From: a virus | Taxonomy: Duplodnaviria; Caudoviricetes | IMG/VR virus record: IMGVR_UViG_3300022413_000014 | Coordinates: 1-55,978 of that record | DNA: 55,978 bases | Reading direction: 5' to 3' (one strand) | Shown: positions 55,526-55,978 of the stretch, piece by piece | How positions within the stretch are numbered: the first letter of the stretch is position 1 | Layout: the number at the start of each line of letters is the position of its first letter | The notes under the pieces: generated by a model | The model's database searches: none | Told to the model about the DNA's origin: nothing | Seen by the model: the letters and a program-made list of their open reading frames with translations, nothing else | Program-made: the position numbers and the translations under genes

Positions 55526-55554
55526 AGTGTATGGATAAAAGACAAGCTTGTCAA
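55526..55554 (-). promoter_or_regulatory. Near-consensus sigma70 promoter overlapped by operator
   Basis: TTGACA-N17-TACACT; AGACAAGCTTGTCA 55540-55553. Confidence 0.8.
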
Positions 55555-55602
55555 GCATCGGAATGGCAGGGCGGGGCTTACCCTGATGCTAGGGCGGGGA
55601 TG

Positions 55603-55978
55603 TCAAAACCCGCCTGCTACCTTGCCCTTGGTGCCCAGCATCGACAGCTTGAAGAATGCCGAACTTCTAAGTGCATCGGCGTAGTGCGAACTCCAATTAT
55701 GATTCGGTCGCCGATTGACCTCGCGCTTTTCGTCCCGATCCCATTGATAGGCCTTGAGCGCACGCAGGCCTTCGGCACATTCGATTTCGTCGAATTCGAA
55801 GAACGGAAAGATATTTCGAATCTCATTGATGCCGAGAATAGGGTCACCGCGCGCCATCACACGCACGGGTTGGCCGGTCAAGCGCTTGACGCAGTTCTCG
55901 GTGCTCTCGCCGCTGTTGCGGTCGCGGTTGGCTCCGTCATGGGGCAGGACATGGCCACGATAGCTGATGCCCAGCTCG
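55603..55978 (-). CDS. terL: Terminase large subunit, C-terminal nuclease part (partial)
   Basis: Frame open to window end: HVLPHDG...GI...R..F...C.EGL.AL..Y...P.HNWSSH.ADALR. Confidence 0.8.
   Translation of the reverse strand, partial: ELGISYRGHVLPHDGANRDRNSGESTENCVKRLTGQPVRVMARGDPILGINEIRNIFPFFEFDEIECAEGLRALKAYQWDRDEKREVNRRPNHNWSSHYADALRSSAFFKLSMLGTKGKVAGGF

Noticed and set aside
1-55978. Integrase/att site, tRNA, reverse transcriptase/DGR, stop-codon reassignment
   Set aside because: No such motifs recognised; genes translate cleanly in the standard code. Lifestyle cannot be determined because the genome extends beyond the window

Overview
The window is most of the genome of a GC-rich, long-tailed dsDNA (siphovirus-like) phage, probably of an Alphaproteobacterium (host is an inference). 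Left to right: a leftward replication arm (DnaA-domain-IV-like protein, HNH, DnaB-like helicase, O-like initiator with internal iterons, RusA, DUF2303, Cro-like HTH); a rightward recombination arm (YqaJ-like exonuclease, RecT-like annealase); a GH56-like hydrolase and free-standing HNH; a leftward lysis/tail/head module; an inverted, displaced tail-tube + chaperone cassette with a -1 frameshift; a membrane-protein island (SPFH, Imm, Rrf2); portal; about 7.5 kb of small genes; and the 3' end of the large terminase. No integrase, tRNA or CRISPR array was seen. The most unusual element is a 413-aa intein in the gpF/gp7 minor head protein whose own frame shows no recognisable endonuclease, while a zinc-finger HNH nuclease with its own Shine-Dalgarno is nested inside it in the +1 frame. 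Other highlights: a palindromic operator TGACA-N4-TGTCA at 10 sites, an RNA-switch-like leader on the replication operon, four AUGG-loop hairpins before the capsid gene, a roughly 460-nt structured ncRNA candidate, and genes enclosed in long-range stems. All family calls come from motif recognition by eye, not database searches.
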